This document shows positions 7,654 to 16,586 of a stretch of 32,000 nt of DNA, piece after piece; the first letter of the stretch is position 1, and the number at the start of each line of letters is the position of its first letter. The stretch is from Candidatus Omnitrophota bacterium (GTDB lineage Bacteria; Omnitrophota; Gorgyraeia; Duberdicusellales; 4484-171): NCBI GenBank assembly GCA_021735045.1, contig JAIPHU010000002.1:75006-107005 (forward strand), written 5' to 3'. The notes beneath the pieces were generated by a model. It saw only the letters and a list, made by a program, of their open reading frames with translations. It had not been told where the DNA came from and did no database searches. A program made the position numbers and the translations under genes.

Positions 7654-7926
7654 ATGGAACAAGGTGCAGGTAATATATTTTATCAATTAATCCCGCTGAT
7701 ATTTTTGTTTGCAGTTTTTTATTTTTTATTAATTAGACCGCAAAAAAAACAGCAAAAAGCACATCAATTGATGATTGCAAATCTTAAAAAGAACGATCAA
7801 GTGGTTACTTCAGGAGGAATACACGGAACTATTGTAGCTGTTAAAGATAAGACTTTTGGTTTAAGGATAGATGAAGGGACTAAAGTTGTGGTAGATAAAA
7901 ACGCGATTGCATATCTAAAAAAATAA
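7654..7926 (+). CDS. yajC: Preprotein translocase subunit YajC
   Basis: The protein has a single TM helix followed by LLIRPQKKQQK...VVTSGGIHGTIV. I prefer the ATG at 7654, with GGAGG (7644-7648) upstream, over the TTG at 7642. Confidence 0.85.
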   Translation: MEQGAGNIFYQLIPLIFLFAVFYFLLIRPQKKQQKAHQLMIANLKKNDQVVTSGGIHGTIVAVKDKTFGLRIDEGTKVVVDKNAIAYLKK

Positions 7927-7930
7927 AATA

Positions 7931-10111
7931 ATGATTAGAAGAAGTGATTTAAAGTTAAGACTTATAGGACTTTTAATTCTTATCGGGTTGTGTGTTTTTT
8001 ATATTTTCCCGATAGGAGAAAAGATAAATTTAGGCCTGGATTTAAAAGGCGGCATGTATGTACTGCTTCGGGCTGATGTATCAGAGATTGATAAAGATAA
8101 AGTTCCCAATGCTATCTCTGCTGCAGTTGCAAAACTGCGTACTAGAATAGATACTTTTGGAGTCAAGGAAACTTCAATCTCTATCCAGGGGGATAAATCT
8201 ATTTTAGTAAAGGTCCCGGGTTTAGTTGACCGTCAGATTATTGATAAGTTAAAGAAGGTTGGTAAGCTCGAGTTTAAATTAGTTTCAGATGATCAACAAA
8301 AGCTGTCCAAGGCCCTTGAAGAAGGTCCCCCCGAAGGTTATCAACTAAAGGACTATAAGAGCAGTAAACTTCTAATTAAAGAAGAACCGGTTCTTACCGG
8401 ATCAGATCTTTCGGAAAGTTTTGTTGGTTTTGACCCTTATGGAGCTGCTGAGGTACGTCTACGTTTTACTTCTGAAGGGGCAGATAAATTTGCGAAGGTA
8501 ACCCAGGAAAATACCGGGAAAATATTAGCAATTACCTTAGATGAAAAAATAAGAAGTACACCTCGCATACAAGAAGCTATTTTGGGAGGCCGAGCTCAAA
8601 TAACTGGTGATTTTTCGACTGATGAAGCAAAAGCTACTTCATCTATTTTAAATTCTGGAGCTCTTCCGGTTCCCTTAACAGTCGAAGAAGAAAGAAGCGT
8701 TGGTCCACTTCTGGGTTCTGATTCGATTCAACGTGGTATAAATTCAATAGTTTTAGGTTCAATTTTAGTAATCAGTTTTATTTTAGTTTATTATCTTTTA
8801 GGTGGGATAATTACTATAATTTGTCTTGCTTTAGATTTATTATTCATCTTAGCCGGTTTACATATGTTTGGTGCTACTTTAACTTTACCTGGTATTGCGG
8901 GCATGATTCTTACTTTAGGAATGGCTGTGGATGCAAATGTTTTAATTTTTGAAAGGATTCGCGAAGAGTTACGTTTAGAGAAGCCGCTTTCTGTTGCAGT
9001 ACGCAATGGTTTTGATAAAGCTAAGCGCACTATATTTGATGCAAATTTAACTACCTTAATTGCAGCCCTTTTTCTTTTTATCTATGGGACTGGTCCAATT
9101 CGGGGTTTTGCAACAACACTTTCTTTAGGTATTGCCGCCAGTATCTTTACTGCTATTTTTGTGGGCAGGGTTATATTTTCTTATTTTCTTGATTTAAGAC
9201 TGAAAAAGTTTCCCATGCTTTCTATTATTCCTAGGTCGCACATTAATTTTATCAAGTTAAAAAATATATGCTTAGTTATTTCTCTAGTTGTAGTTGTTTT
9301 TGGGTTGTTTAAGTTTTATCAAAAAGGTGAGGCAGCTTATGGGGTAGATTTTACCGGCGGACAAAATCTTGAATACAAAATAACCCCTAATGCTAATATT
9401 GCTGATATACGCAATCTTGTAAATAATGCTGGTTTTTCAGATATTACAATTCAGGAGTTTAAAGATATCGAAGGTGGGATAATAGTTAAAAGTAAAAATG
9501 ATATTGCCGCCCAACTAAAACAGAGCCTTGATGATCAGTATGAAAACGTAGAAGAGTTAAAGGTCACAACTGTTGGGCCGAGAGTGGGGAAAGTTTTACG
9601 AAAAAAAGCAATCTTTGCTATTATTTTTTCACTTTTAGGTATTTTAATTTATGTTGCTTATCGTTTCAAGCATTTCGACTTTGCTTTTGCTGCAGTGATA
9701 GCTGTTTTTCATGATGTCTTAATTAGCTTAGGTATTATGAGTTTAGCTGGTTTTTCAGTTAATTTGCTTACAGTAACAGCCCTTTTAACTATTGCTGGTT
9801 ATTCGATAAATGATACGATTGTAATCTATGACCGAATTCGGGAAATTTCGCCCAGAATGCATAAATCAAAGTTAAGCGAAATTATAAATGTAGCCATAAA
9901 TAATACACTTTCGCGTTCAGTGATCACCTCGTTAACTACAATTTTGGTAGTTCTGTCGATTTACTTGTTAGGGGGTGAAGCTCTTTCCGGTTTTTCTTTT
10001 ACGCTTTTAATCGGAATAATTGCTGGTACCTATTCTTCAATATATATCGCATCTCCTTTGGTTTTATTTTTTCGAAAATCCCACCTTCTTCATAAGGTAA
10101 GTAGTAAATAA
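7931..10111 (+). CDS. secDF: Protein translocase subunit SecDF (fused)
   Basis: The 726-aa protein has a SecD periplasmic domain followed by two sets of six TM helices. SecD- and SecF-type motifs are present (LPGIAGMILTLGMAVDANVLIFERIREE; YSINDTIVIYDRIRE). Confidence 0.9.
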   Translation: MIRRSDLKLRLIGLLILIGLCVFYIFPIGEKINLGLDLKGGMYVLLRADVSEIDKDKVPNAISAAVAKLRTRIDTFGVKETSISIQGDKSILVKVPGLVDRQIIDKLKKVGKLEFKLVSDDQQKLSKALEEGPPEGYQLKDYKSSKLLIKEEPVLTGSDLSESFVGFDPYGAAEVRLRFTSEGADKFAKVTQENTGKILAITLDEKIRSTPRIQEAILGGRAQITGDFSTDEAKATSSILNSGALPVPLTVEEERSVGPLLGSDSIQRGINSIVLGSILVISFILVYYLLGGIITIICLALDLLFILAGLHMFGATLTLPGIAGMILTLGMAVDANVLIFERIREELRLEKPLSVAVRNGFDKAKRTIFDANLTTLIAALFLFIYGTGPIRGFATTLSLGIAASIFTAIFVGRVIFSYFLDLRLKKFPMLSIIPRSHINFIKLKNICLVISLVVVVFGLFKFYQKGEAAYGVDFTGGQNLEYKITPNANIADIRNLVNNAGFSDITIQEFKDIEGGIIVKSKNDIAAQLKQSLDDQYENVEELKVTTVGPRVGKVLRKKAIFAIIFSLLGILIYVAYRFKHFDFAFAAVIAVFHDVLISLGIMSLAGFSVNLLTVTALLTIAGYSINDTIVIYDRIREISPRMHKSKLSEIINVAINNTLSRSVITSLTTILVVLSIYLLGGEALSGFSFTLLIGIIAGTYSSIYIASPLVLFFRKSHLLHKVSSK

Positions 10112-10219
10112 AGTTCTGACGGACCAAGGACGACAAAGGAAAATACGCAATTATCCATCGTTCTCATGAAGTGGTAGTTACTCGTCTTTCGGAAAATTTA
10201 CAACTTAAAATTTGTTTTT

Positions 10220-12100
10220 ATGATGTTTAATTCCTTAAAAATATATAAACATAAAGCTATTTCCATGGAGGCTGTCTGCCAAGGTCTTAGCAAGCTAAAC
10301 TATAGCGGTGGTCAAGGAGTAGATGAGCCTGGAGATTTTGCTCAAAAAGGTGATACTTTGGAAATTTTTCCGGTTAACTTTTCCTTGCCGGTTAGAGTTG
10401 AGTGGGACTTTGACCAAATATCAAAAATTTACAGTTTCGATAAAAATTTCACTAAAATCCTTGAGTATGATCTCTTGATTATCGTTGCTTATTTTAAAAA
10501 AGTTCATCACTATCTTTCCGAAGATTATCCGCTTGAAGGAAGTCTTCGGATAAAAGCTGGTGATTATATAGTTCATACGCATTATGGAATTGGAAAGTTT
10601 CTTGGAACAAAAAAGGTCAAGACGGAAGAAAAGCAAGAATATTTTTTTCAAATTAAATATGCTGATGATGATTTAATCTATGTCTCAAAGGAGAATGCTC
10701 ATCTCATTCAAAAATATATAAATCTAGGGATAAAGAAACCAGCCTTAACTAAATTAGGTACCAAGCAATGGGAAAAAACTAAAGAAAAAGTCCAAAAGGG
10801 AGTTCGAGAATATGCTCTTTCGATATTAAAAATTGAAGCACAGCGAAAGTTAATCGGAGGTATTAAATACCCTAAAGACAGTAAGTGGCAGAAAAAGTTT
10901 CAGCAGCAATTTCGCTATCAATTAACTCCGGATCAAAAAAAAGCTTCTGATAATGTAAAAAAACAGATGCAGTCATCACAGTGTATGGATAGATTGTTGT
11001 GTGGAGGTGTAGGTTATGGCAAGACAGAAGTCGCCATGCGGGCGGCTTTTCGGGCTGCAGCTTCTAGCCGACAGGTAGCTTTTTTGGTACCTACAACTAT
11101 TTTAGCCTATCAACACTATCTTAACTTACAAAGAAGAATGAAAGATTTTCCCTTATCTGTGGAAATGCTTTCACGGTTTCGTAGTAGGCTAGAACAAAAA
11201 AATATTATTAAACGAATTAAAGAAGGTAAAGTAGATATAGTAGTAGGAACCCACCGGCTTTTATCAGACGATATCAACTTTAAAGAGTTAGGCTTGCTGA
11301 TTATCGATGAAGAGCAACGTTTTGGAGTAGAGCATAAAGAAAAAATAAAATCGCGCCGGGTGGGAATAGATGTATTGTCTTTAACTGCAACTCCTATCCC
11401 TAGGACACTATATATGAGCATGGTTGGGATAAAAGATATTTCTTTAATTCAAACACCACCCAAAGAACGTTTATCAATAAAAACAAAGGTATATCCTTTT
11501 AGTATAAAAGTAATTAAAAAAGCTATACAAAGAGAGCTTGGGCGCAAGGGGCAAATATTTTTTATTCATAATCGGATAAAAGATATTTCTAAAATAGCTA
11601 AAAAAGTTCAAAGTAATTTACCTGATATTAAAATCGGTTTAGCCCATGGCCGGCTACCTGCTTCAGAGATAGAGGAAGTGATGCTTAAGTTTGTTGATGG
11701 TGAGATCGATGTTTTATTTTCAACTGCAATTGTTGAATCTGGCATTGATATTCCTAATGCTAATACGATTATTATTAACAACGCAAATAATTTTGGTTTG
11801 GCTGATCTCCATCAATTGCGAGGAAGAGTAGGAAGGCGTAAACTGCAAGCTTATGCCCTATGCTTGAGGCCGTCTTTAGATAAGATAAAAAGCGAGTCAA
11901 GAAAACGGCTTGAACTGATTGAAGAGTTTTCTCATTTAGGGGCTGGATTTGAGCTGGCTAGGCGAGATCTTGAATTAAGAGGGGCAGGAAATATACTAGG
12001 TAAACAGCAACATGGTTTTGTTTGGATGGTTGGTTTTGATTTTTATTGCCGTCTTCTTAAAAAAGAGGTTGATTATTTAAAAGAAGCTTTTAAAATGTAG
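10220..12100 (+). CDS. mfd: Transcription-repair coupling factor, shortened form (626 aa)
   Basis: It carries a CarD/RID motif (GDYIVHTHYGIGKF) and SF2 helicase motifs (GGVGYGKTEVAMRAAF, DEEQRFGV, TATPIPRTL, QLRGRVGR). The ending GAGNILGKQQHG..GFDFYCRLL marks the TRG region. Most of the N-terminal UvrB-like module and the C-terminal D7 domain are absent. Confidence 0.8.
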   Translation: MMFNSLKIYKHKAISMEAVCQGLSKLNYSGGQGVDEPGDFAQKGDTLEIFPVNFSLPVRVEWDFDQISKIYSFDKNFTKILEYDLLIIVAYFKKVHHYLSEDYPLEGSLRIKAGDYIVHTHYGIGKFLGTKKVKTEEKQEYFFQIKYADDDLIYVSKENAHLIQKYINLGIKKPALTKLGTKQWEKTKEKVQKGVREYALSILKIEAQRKLIGGIKYPKDSKWQKKFQQQFRYQLTPDQKKASDNVKKQMQSSQCMDRLLCGGVGYGKTEVAMRAAFRAAASSRQVAFLVPTTILAYQHYLNLQRRMKDFPLSVEMLSRFRSRLEQKNIIKRIKEGKVDIVVGTHRLLSDDINFKELGLLIIDEEQRFGVEHKEKIKSRRVGIDVLSLTATPIPRTLYMSMVGIKDISLIQTPPKERLSIKTKVYPFSIKVIKKAIQRELGRKGQIFFIHNRIKDISKIAKKVQSNLPDIKIGLAHGRLPASEIEEVMLKFVDGEIDVLFSTAIVESGIDIPNANTIIINNANNFGLADLHQLRGRVGRRKLQAYALCLRPSLDKIKSESRKRLELIEEFSHLGAGFELARRDLELRGAGNILGKQQHGFVWMVGFDFYCRLLKKEVDYLKEAFKM

Positions 12101-12106
12101 ATAATT

Positions 12107-13021
12107 ATGAGAAGAAAAATTTTTATAATATTAGTGTTAGAACTTGTTGTGTTGACAGGACTAATTAATTGTTTTGCCCAAGTTAACTCTATTGTAGCTA
12201 AGGTAAATAACGAAATTATTACTTTAGATGATCTTGATCAATATTCTCAGATGCTTTTGAGGAAAAAAAATAAACAAATATTAGATACAAGTGAGCTAGG
12301 GTTAAAAAAAGAAGCTTTAAAGCGTTTAATTGAAGATAAGCTCATTTTACAAAAGGCAAAAGAAGAAGATATTGAAGCTCCTCAGAGTTGGTTAGAAAAT
12401 AAAATAGAACAGTTAGCTTCAAACCATAAAGATAGAGAGTCTTTTTATGATTCATTAAAAAAACAAGGACTTACTATAACTTACCTAAAAGAACGCCTTA
12501 GCCAGCAGTATTTGATCAAAGAGATTATTAATCGTAAGGTTAAATCAGAAGTTTCAGTTTTACCAGGTAAAATAGAGCAATTTTATAAAAAAAATAAAGA
12601 AAAATTTCAGTCTCTTCCCCGAGCTATTTTTTTTATTGCTAAAGGAAAAAATAAAAAAGATTTAGAGGATATGTCGGTTTTTATAAAAAAAGAGGGGATA
12701 GAAGAAGCAGTAAAAAAGTATAAAGATAAACTATCTGAGATTAGTAGCTATCTTAATCAATTGCAAGAACCGTTATCAGCAGCTCTAGAATCGCTTCAAG
12801 ACAGACAGCATTTAATAAAAAGGATCAATAATTTATATTATTTGATCTACCGTAAAAAAATTGAGCCACCACAGGCACTTTCACTTTCAGAAGCACAAGA
12901 TAGTATTTATAAGCATCTTTGGCAAAAAAAATTTAGTGAAAAGTTTGATCAATGGGTCAATAATTTAAAAAAAGATGCAGTGATAAAAGTCTATTCTTTT
13001 TTAAACTCCCAGAAAAAATAA
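12107..13021 (+). CDS. SurA-like periplasmic chaperone (N-terminal SurA domain; no parvulin signature recognised)
   Basis: A signal peptide is followed by IVAKVNNEIITLDDLD..., which resembles the SurA N-domain. The gene sits in the conserved surA-pdxA-rsmA order. Confidence 0.6.
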   Translation: MRRKIFIILVLELVVLTGLINCFAQVNSIVAKVNNEIITLDDLDQYSQMLLRKKNKQILDTSELGLKKEALKRLIEDKLILQKAKEEDIEAPQSWLENKIEQLASNHKDRESFYDSLKKQGLTITYLKERLSQQYLIKEIINRKVKSEVSVLPGKIEQFYKKNKEKFQSLPRAIFFIAKGKNKKDLEDMSVFIKKEGIEEAVKKYKDKLSEISSYLNQLQEPLSAALESLQDRQHLIKRINNLYYLIYRKKIEPPQALSLSEAQDSIYKHLWQKKFSEKFDQWVNNLKKDAVIKVYSFLNSQKK

Positions 13022-13029
13022 TTATTATT

Positions 13030-13971
13030 ATGGGAAAAAGTCAGGGTAAAGACATAGTTATTACTTTAGGTGATCCTTCTGGCTGCGGTCCAGAGATAAC
13101 CTTTAGAGCTATTAATTCTTTGACTGATAAAAAAATTAATTTTTGGGTGGTGGGGGATAAATATATAGCTGAGCGAATTCCAGAATATCAAAAAGTAAAA
13201 AAAAGGATATTTTTTCTAGACAATGCCTTACCCGGCATCAAGGATATAAAGAGAGGAATAGCTTCAAAGTTATCTGGCCAAGCGAGCCTGTCTTATTTAA
13301 AGAAAGCCTTAGAGCTGATAAAAAAAGAAAAATTCAATTATTTGGTTACTGCCCCTGTATCTAAGGAAGCTATAGGCTTAGTCCAACCAGGTTTTTCTGG
13401 GCACACCGAGTTTTTAAGGGATTATTTCAGGCGAAAACGAGTGGTGATGATGATGTTTTCTGATAAAATAAGAACTGTTTTGCTGACCCGCCATATTTGC
13501 CTTAAAGATGTAGCTATGTCAATAAATAAAAAGCTTGTTTTAGATACGCTTAATTTGACTTATAGTTTTTTAAAAGAACGGCTGAGTATAGAAAATCCAG
13601 TTATCGGGTTTGCTTCGCCTAACCCCCATGCCGGAGTAGATACTTTTATGGAAAAAGAGGAAAAAACTATTAAGGCGGCTATTGATCAGTTTCAAGGCAA
13701 AGTCTATGGCCCTTATCCAGCCGATTCTTTATTTACAAAAGATAATTTAAAAAAATTTGATTGTATAGTAAGCTCATACCATGATCAGGCAATGATACCG
13801 TTTAAGTTACTTTCTTTTCGATCTGGTATAAACTTAACCTTGGGGTTACCGATTATACGGACTTCCCCTGGCCATGGAGTAGCTTATGAGTTAGTAAGAA
13901 ATAATCCTCAGGCTATATTTAGTAGTTCTATGGAAGCAGCTATCAGCCAGATTATCTCCCTAGACTTATGA
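13030..13971 (+). CDS. pdxA: 4-hydroxythreonine-4-phosphate dehydrogenase
   Basis: GDPSGCGPEI, NPHAGV and SYHDQAMIPFK motifs are present. Confidence 0.9.
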   Translation: MGKSQGKDIVITLGDPSGCGPEITFRAINSLTDKKINFWVVGDKYIAERIPEYQKVKKRIFFLDNALPGIKDIKRGIASKLSGQASLSYLKKALELIKKEKFNYLVTAPVSKEAIGLVQPGFSGHTEFLRDYFRRKRVVMMMFSDKIRTVLLTRHICLKDVAMSINKKLVLDTLNLTYSFLKERLSIENPVIGFASPNPHAGVDTFMEKEEKTIKAAIDQFQGKVYGPYPADSLFTKDNLKKFDCIVSSYHDQAMIPFKLLSFRSGINLTLGLPIIRTSPGHGVAYELVRNNPQAIFSSSMEAAISQIISLDL

Positions 13972-14750
13972 GAAAAAAGCCTCCGTTTTCTCAAATTTTC
14001 CTAAAAGATAAACACTATATAGAAAAAGTAGTTTCTGCTTTAGATTCTAACCGAAAGGTTGTATTAGAGATTGGTTCTGGGGCTGGGCAAATAAGCAAAT
14101 TGATTGCAAAAAAAGCTAAATTTATTTATTGTGTTGAAATTGATTCAAAGCTAGCTCAAGCTACCCGGGATAAATTGTCTAGCATGCAAAACACTGAGGT
14201 TATTCAAGCCGATATCCAAGACGTTTTGCTTTCGGAATTTTCCAAAAAACTGTTAATTTTTAGCAATATTCCTTTTCATTTAAGTAGCAAGTTAATCGAT
14301 TATTTAATATTTTATCGAAAAAACATTGCTGCTAGCTATTTAATTTTACAAAAAGATTTTGTAAAAAAAATATCTGCTTCTCCAAAAACTAAGTCATATG
14401 GATTTATTAGTTGTTTAACTCAATATTACGCTAAAGTAAAACATTTGTTTGATATTCCTGCAGGAGCTTTTAATCCTATTCCGAAGGTGGATTCTTCTTT
14501 TATTGAACTAAAGTTTTATAAAAAGAAACCAGTCACCGCTGAAAATGAGGAGTTTTTGTTTAAGTTTATCAAAACTTGTTTTAATCAGAGAAGAAAAAAG
14601 ATATCAACCATAATTAAGCAGGAATTTTTGCCTGGGTCTTTAAACTTATTAAACGAGTTTAGAATAGACCTAAGTCAGAGGCCAGAACAGATAAGTTTAG
14701 AAGATTTTTCTAAAATTAGTGATTGCCTCTATGATTTTAATAATTCTTAG
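13968..14750 (+). CDS. rsmA: 16S rRNA (adenine1518/1519-N6)-dimethyltransferase
   Basis: An ATGA overlap links it to pdxA. The LEIGSGAGQIS SAM motif, the SNIPFHLSS (NxPY-like) motif and a C-terminal FNQRRKK are present. Confidence 0.9.
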   Translation: MRKKPPFSQIFLKDKHYIEKVVSALDSNRKVVLEIGSGAGQISKLIAKKAKFIYCVEIDSKLAQATRDKLSSMQNTEVIQADIQDVLLSEFSKKLLIFSNIPFHLSSKLIDYLIFYRKNIAASYLILQKDFVKKISASPKTKSYGFISCLTQYYAKVKHLFDIPAGAFNPIPKVDSSFIELKFYKKKPVTAENEEFLFKFIKTCFNQRRKKISTIIKQEFLPGSLNLLNEFRIDLSQRPEQISLEDFSKISDCLYDFNNS

Positions 14751-14840
14751 ACAGGAGCTTATAATTACAAGTGCAACAATCTTATTCTTGCAGACGTCCT
14801 ACTTTTGGCCATTTAGGTACACCCTGTGAGTCTTCATCGG

Positions 14841-14900
14841 TCATTGCGAGGAACGAAGTGACGAAACAATCTTTAACAGGTGTAATAGAGATTGCTTCGT
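14841..14900. repeat. Palindromic intergenic element: 12-bp stem (ACGAAACAATCT / AGATTGCTTCGT, one mismatch) with a 16-nt loop, preceded by TCATTGCGAGGAACGAAGTG
   Basis: The stem arms are at 14861-14872 and 14889-14900. The element is a relatively GC-rich island within a 294-nt gap. Confidence 0.55.
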
Positions 14901-15009
14901 TGTTGACAGTAAGCAGTGTAAGGGTGCAAAAATAAGATTTAAGCTTTTAGATTGAATGATGTTGCAATATGAGTTATGCTTTACTATAATTCTTAAAGAG
15001 TAGGTTTAG

Positions 15010-15037
15010 TTTACAGAAAAAACATTTCTGGTATAAT
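15010..15037 (+). promoter_or_regulatory. Strong promoter candidate for the NSS transporter gene, with a likely leaderless transcript
   Basis: TTTACA (15010-15015), a 16-nt spacer, then TGgTATAAT (TATAAT 15032-15037). The ATG lies only 7 nt after the -10 element, and there is no Shine-Dalgarno sequence. Confidence 0.55.
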
Positions 15038-15044
15038 TATCAAA

Positions 15045-16586
15045 ATGAGTAAAAAACAACTTGCCCATCATAGACCGAAATGGAAAACTCACATTGGTTT
15101 TGTGCTTGCCACTGTAGGTTCTGCTATTGGTTTAGGTAATATCTGGCGTTTTTCTTATCTTTGTTATAAGAATGGAGGCGGTGCCTTTTTATTTCCTTAT
15201 TTGATCGCTCTGTTTGTTGTCGGAATACCTTTAATAATTTTAGAAATTGGTTTGGGCCATAAGATGAGAGGTTCTGCGCCAGCTAGTTTTGCAAGCGTAT
15301 CAAAGAAATGGGAATGGTTGGGTTGGTGGCAGATAACTTTTGTAATGTTTGGTATTGTTCTTTATTATTCGGTAATTATTGCTTGGTGCCTTAACTACTT
15401 CTTTTTTGCTTTTGATTTAAGTTGGGGGGCAACTCCCGATAAGTTTTTTACTGAAACTTTTTTAATTAGTACTGGATCGCCTTTTCAGATTGGGAATATT
15501 CGTACAATTATTCTCTTTTCTCTAGCAATTATTTGGTTTCTTAATTGGTTTATTGTTTTTAAAGGGGTCCAAAATGGCCTTGAGCGAGCCAGTAAGATAT
15601 TTATGCCGATCCTTTTTTTACTTACTGCAACTATTATTCTGTGGGGCCTGAGATTGGAAGGAGCGATGGAAGGAGTAGCAGTATATCTTAAGCCGGATTT
15701 TTCTCAAATAACGAATATAAAGGTATGGATGGATGCTTTCAGCCAGATATTTTTCACCTTAAGTTTAGGCTTTGGAATAATGATAGCCTATGCTTCTTAT
15801 CTGCCGAAAAAAACTCAGATAGTACGTGATTCTTTAATTATAACTGGAATTAATTGTTTGTTTTCGCTTCTAGCTGGGGTAGGGGTTTTTGCTGTTTTGG
15901 GTTATATGGCTCATAGTAGTTCTTTACCGATCAGTGAAGTGGTTACTGAATCGATTGGCCTTGCTTTTGTAGCTTTCCCTAAAGCAATCAGCCTTCTACC
16001 AGCTTTTTCTAATATTTTTGGGATTTTGTTTTTTGGCAGTTTAGTTATTGCTGGTCTTTCATCTTCTATCTCTATTATTGAAGCTTTTACCTCGGGTATA
16101 GTGGATAAGTTTCATTATTCTCGCAAGATGGTTGTATCAGCATTATGCATAGTTGGGTTTTTGGGAAGTATTATCTTTACTACCCAAGCTGGAATCAATT
16201 GGCTGGATATCGTTGATCATTTTTTAACTCAATACGGTTTAATCTTAGGTGCAATATTTGAATGTCTAGCTATTGGATGGTTCTTTAAGGTTAATAAATT
16301 AAGAGGACATATTAATCATTATAGTGGCTGGAAAGCACCGATTTTTTGGAATTTTTGCATAAAAGTTATCTCTCCCTTAATTTTAGTTGCAATATTAATA
16401 TCTTCATTGACTGAAGAGTTTTCACATAATTATGGAGGGTATTCGCCGGTAGCTATAATTTTGATTGGCCGAGATTGGCTGATATATACTTTATTTGCCG
16501 CCTTAGTTATAGCCTTTCATCCTTGGCGTCTAGATCCACGTAAAAGAATGCTTGTCCATGAACACGATCAGAAAAAAAAATATTAA
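15045..16586 (+). CDS. Sodium-dependent transporter, neurotransmitter:sodium symporter (SNF/NSS) family
   Basis: GLGNIWRFSYLCYKNGGGAFLFPY is the TM1 signature, as in LeuT. About 12 TM segments are present. Confidence 0.9.
   Translation: MSKKQLAHHRPKWKTHIGFVLATVGSAIGLGNIWRFSYLCYKNGGGAFLFPYLIALFVVGIPLIILEIGLGHKMRGSAPASFASVSKKWEWLGWWQITFVMFGIVLYYSVIIAWCLNYFFFAFDLSWGATPDKFFTETFLISTGSPFQIGNIRTIILFSLAIIWFLNWFIVFKGVQNGLERASKIFMPILFLLTATIILWGLRLEGAMEGVAVYLKPDFSQITNIKVWMDAFSQIFFTLSLGFGIMIAYASYLPKKTQIVRDSLIITGINCLFSLLAGVGVFAVLGYMAHSSSLPISEVVTESIGLAFVAFPKAISLLPAFSNIFGILFFGSLVIAGLSSSISIIEAFTSGIVDKFHYSRKMVVSALCIVGFLGSIIFTTQAGINWLDIVDHFLTQYGLILGAIFECLAIGWFFKVNKLRGHINHYSGWKAPIFWNFCIKVISPLILVAILISSLTEEFSHNYGGYSPVAIILIGRDWLIYTLFAALVIAFHPWRLDPRKRMLVHEHDQKKKY

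Noticed and set aside
10112-10219. The relatively GC-rich 108-nt spacer before mfd, considered as a remnant of the missing Mfd N-terminus or as a replication-related site (TTATCCATC at 10151-10159 resembles a DnaA box).
   Set aside because: The spacer is far too short to hold about 450 missing codons. There is only one imperfect DnaA-like box (7/9) and no cluster or AT-rich unwinding element. The only pairing I found is weak, an 8-bp stem around a loop of about 58 nt.
14903-14908. A TTGACA hexamer in the same gap as a second promoter.
   Set aside because: No acceptable -10 hexamer lies 16-18 nt downstream (the sequence there is GCAAAA/CAAAAA).
14751-15044. SRP RNA, 6S RNA or RNase P RNA in the long rsmA-NSS gap.
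   Set aside because: I could not find the SRP domain IV GGAA-tetraloop/AGCA motifs, the RNase P P4 sequence (GAGGAAAGTCC) or a 6S-like long interrupted helix. Only a single 12-bp hairpin is solid.
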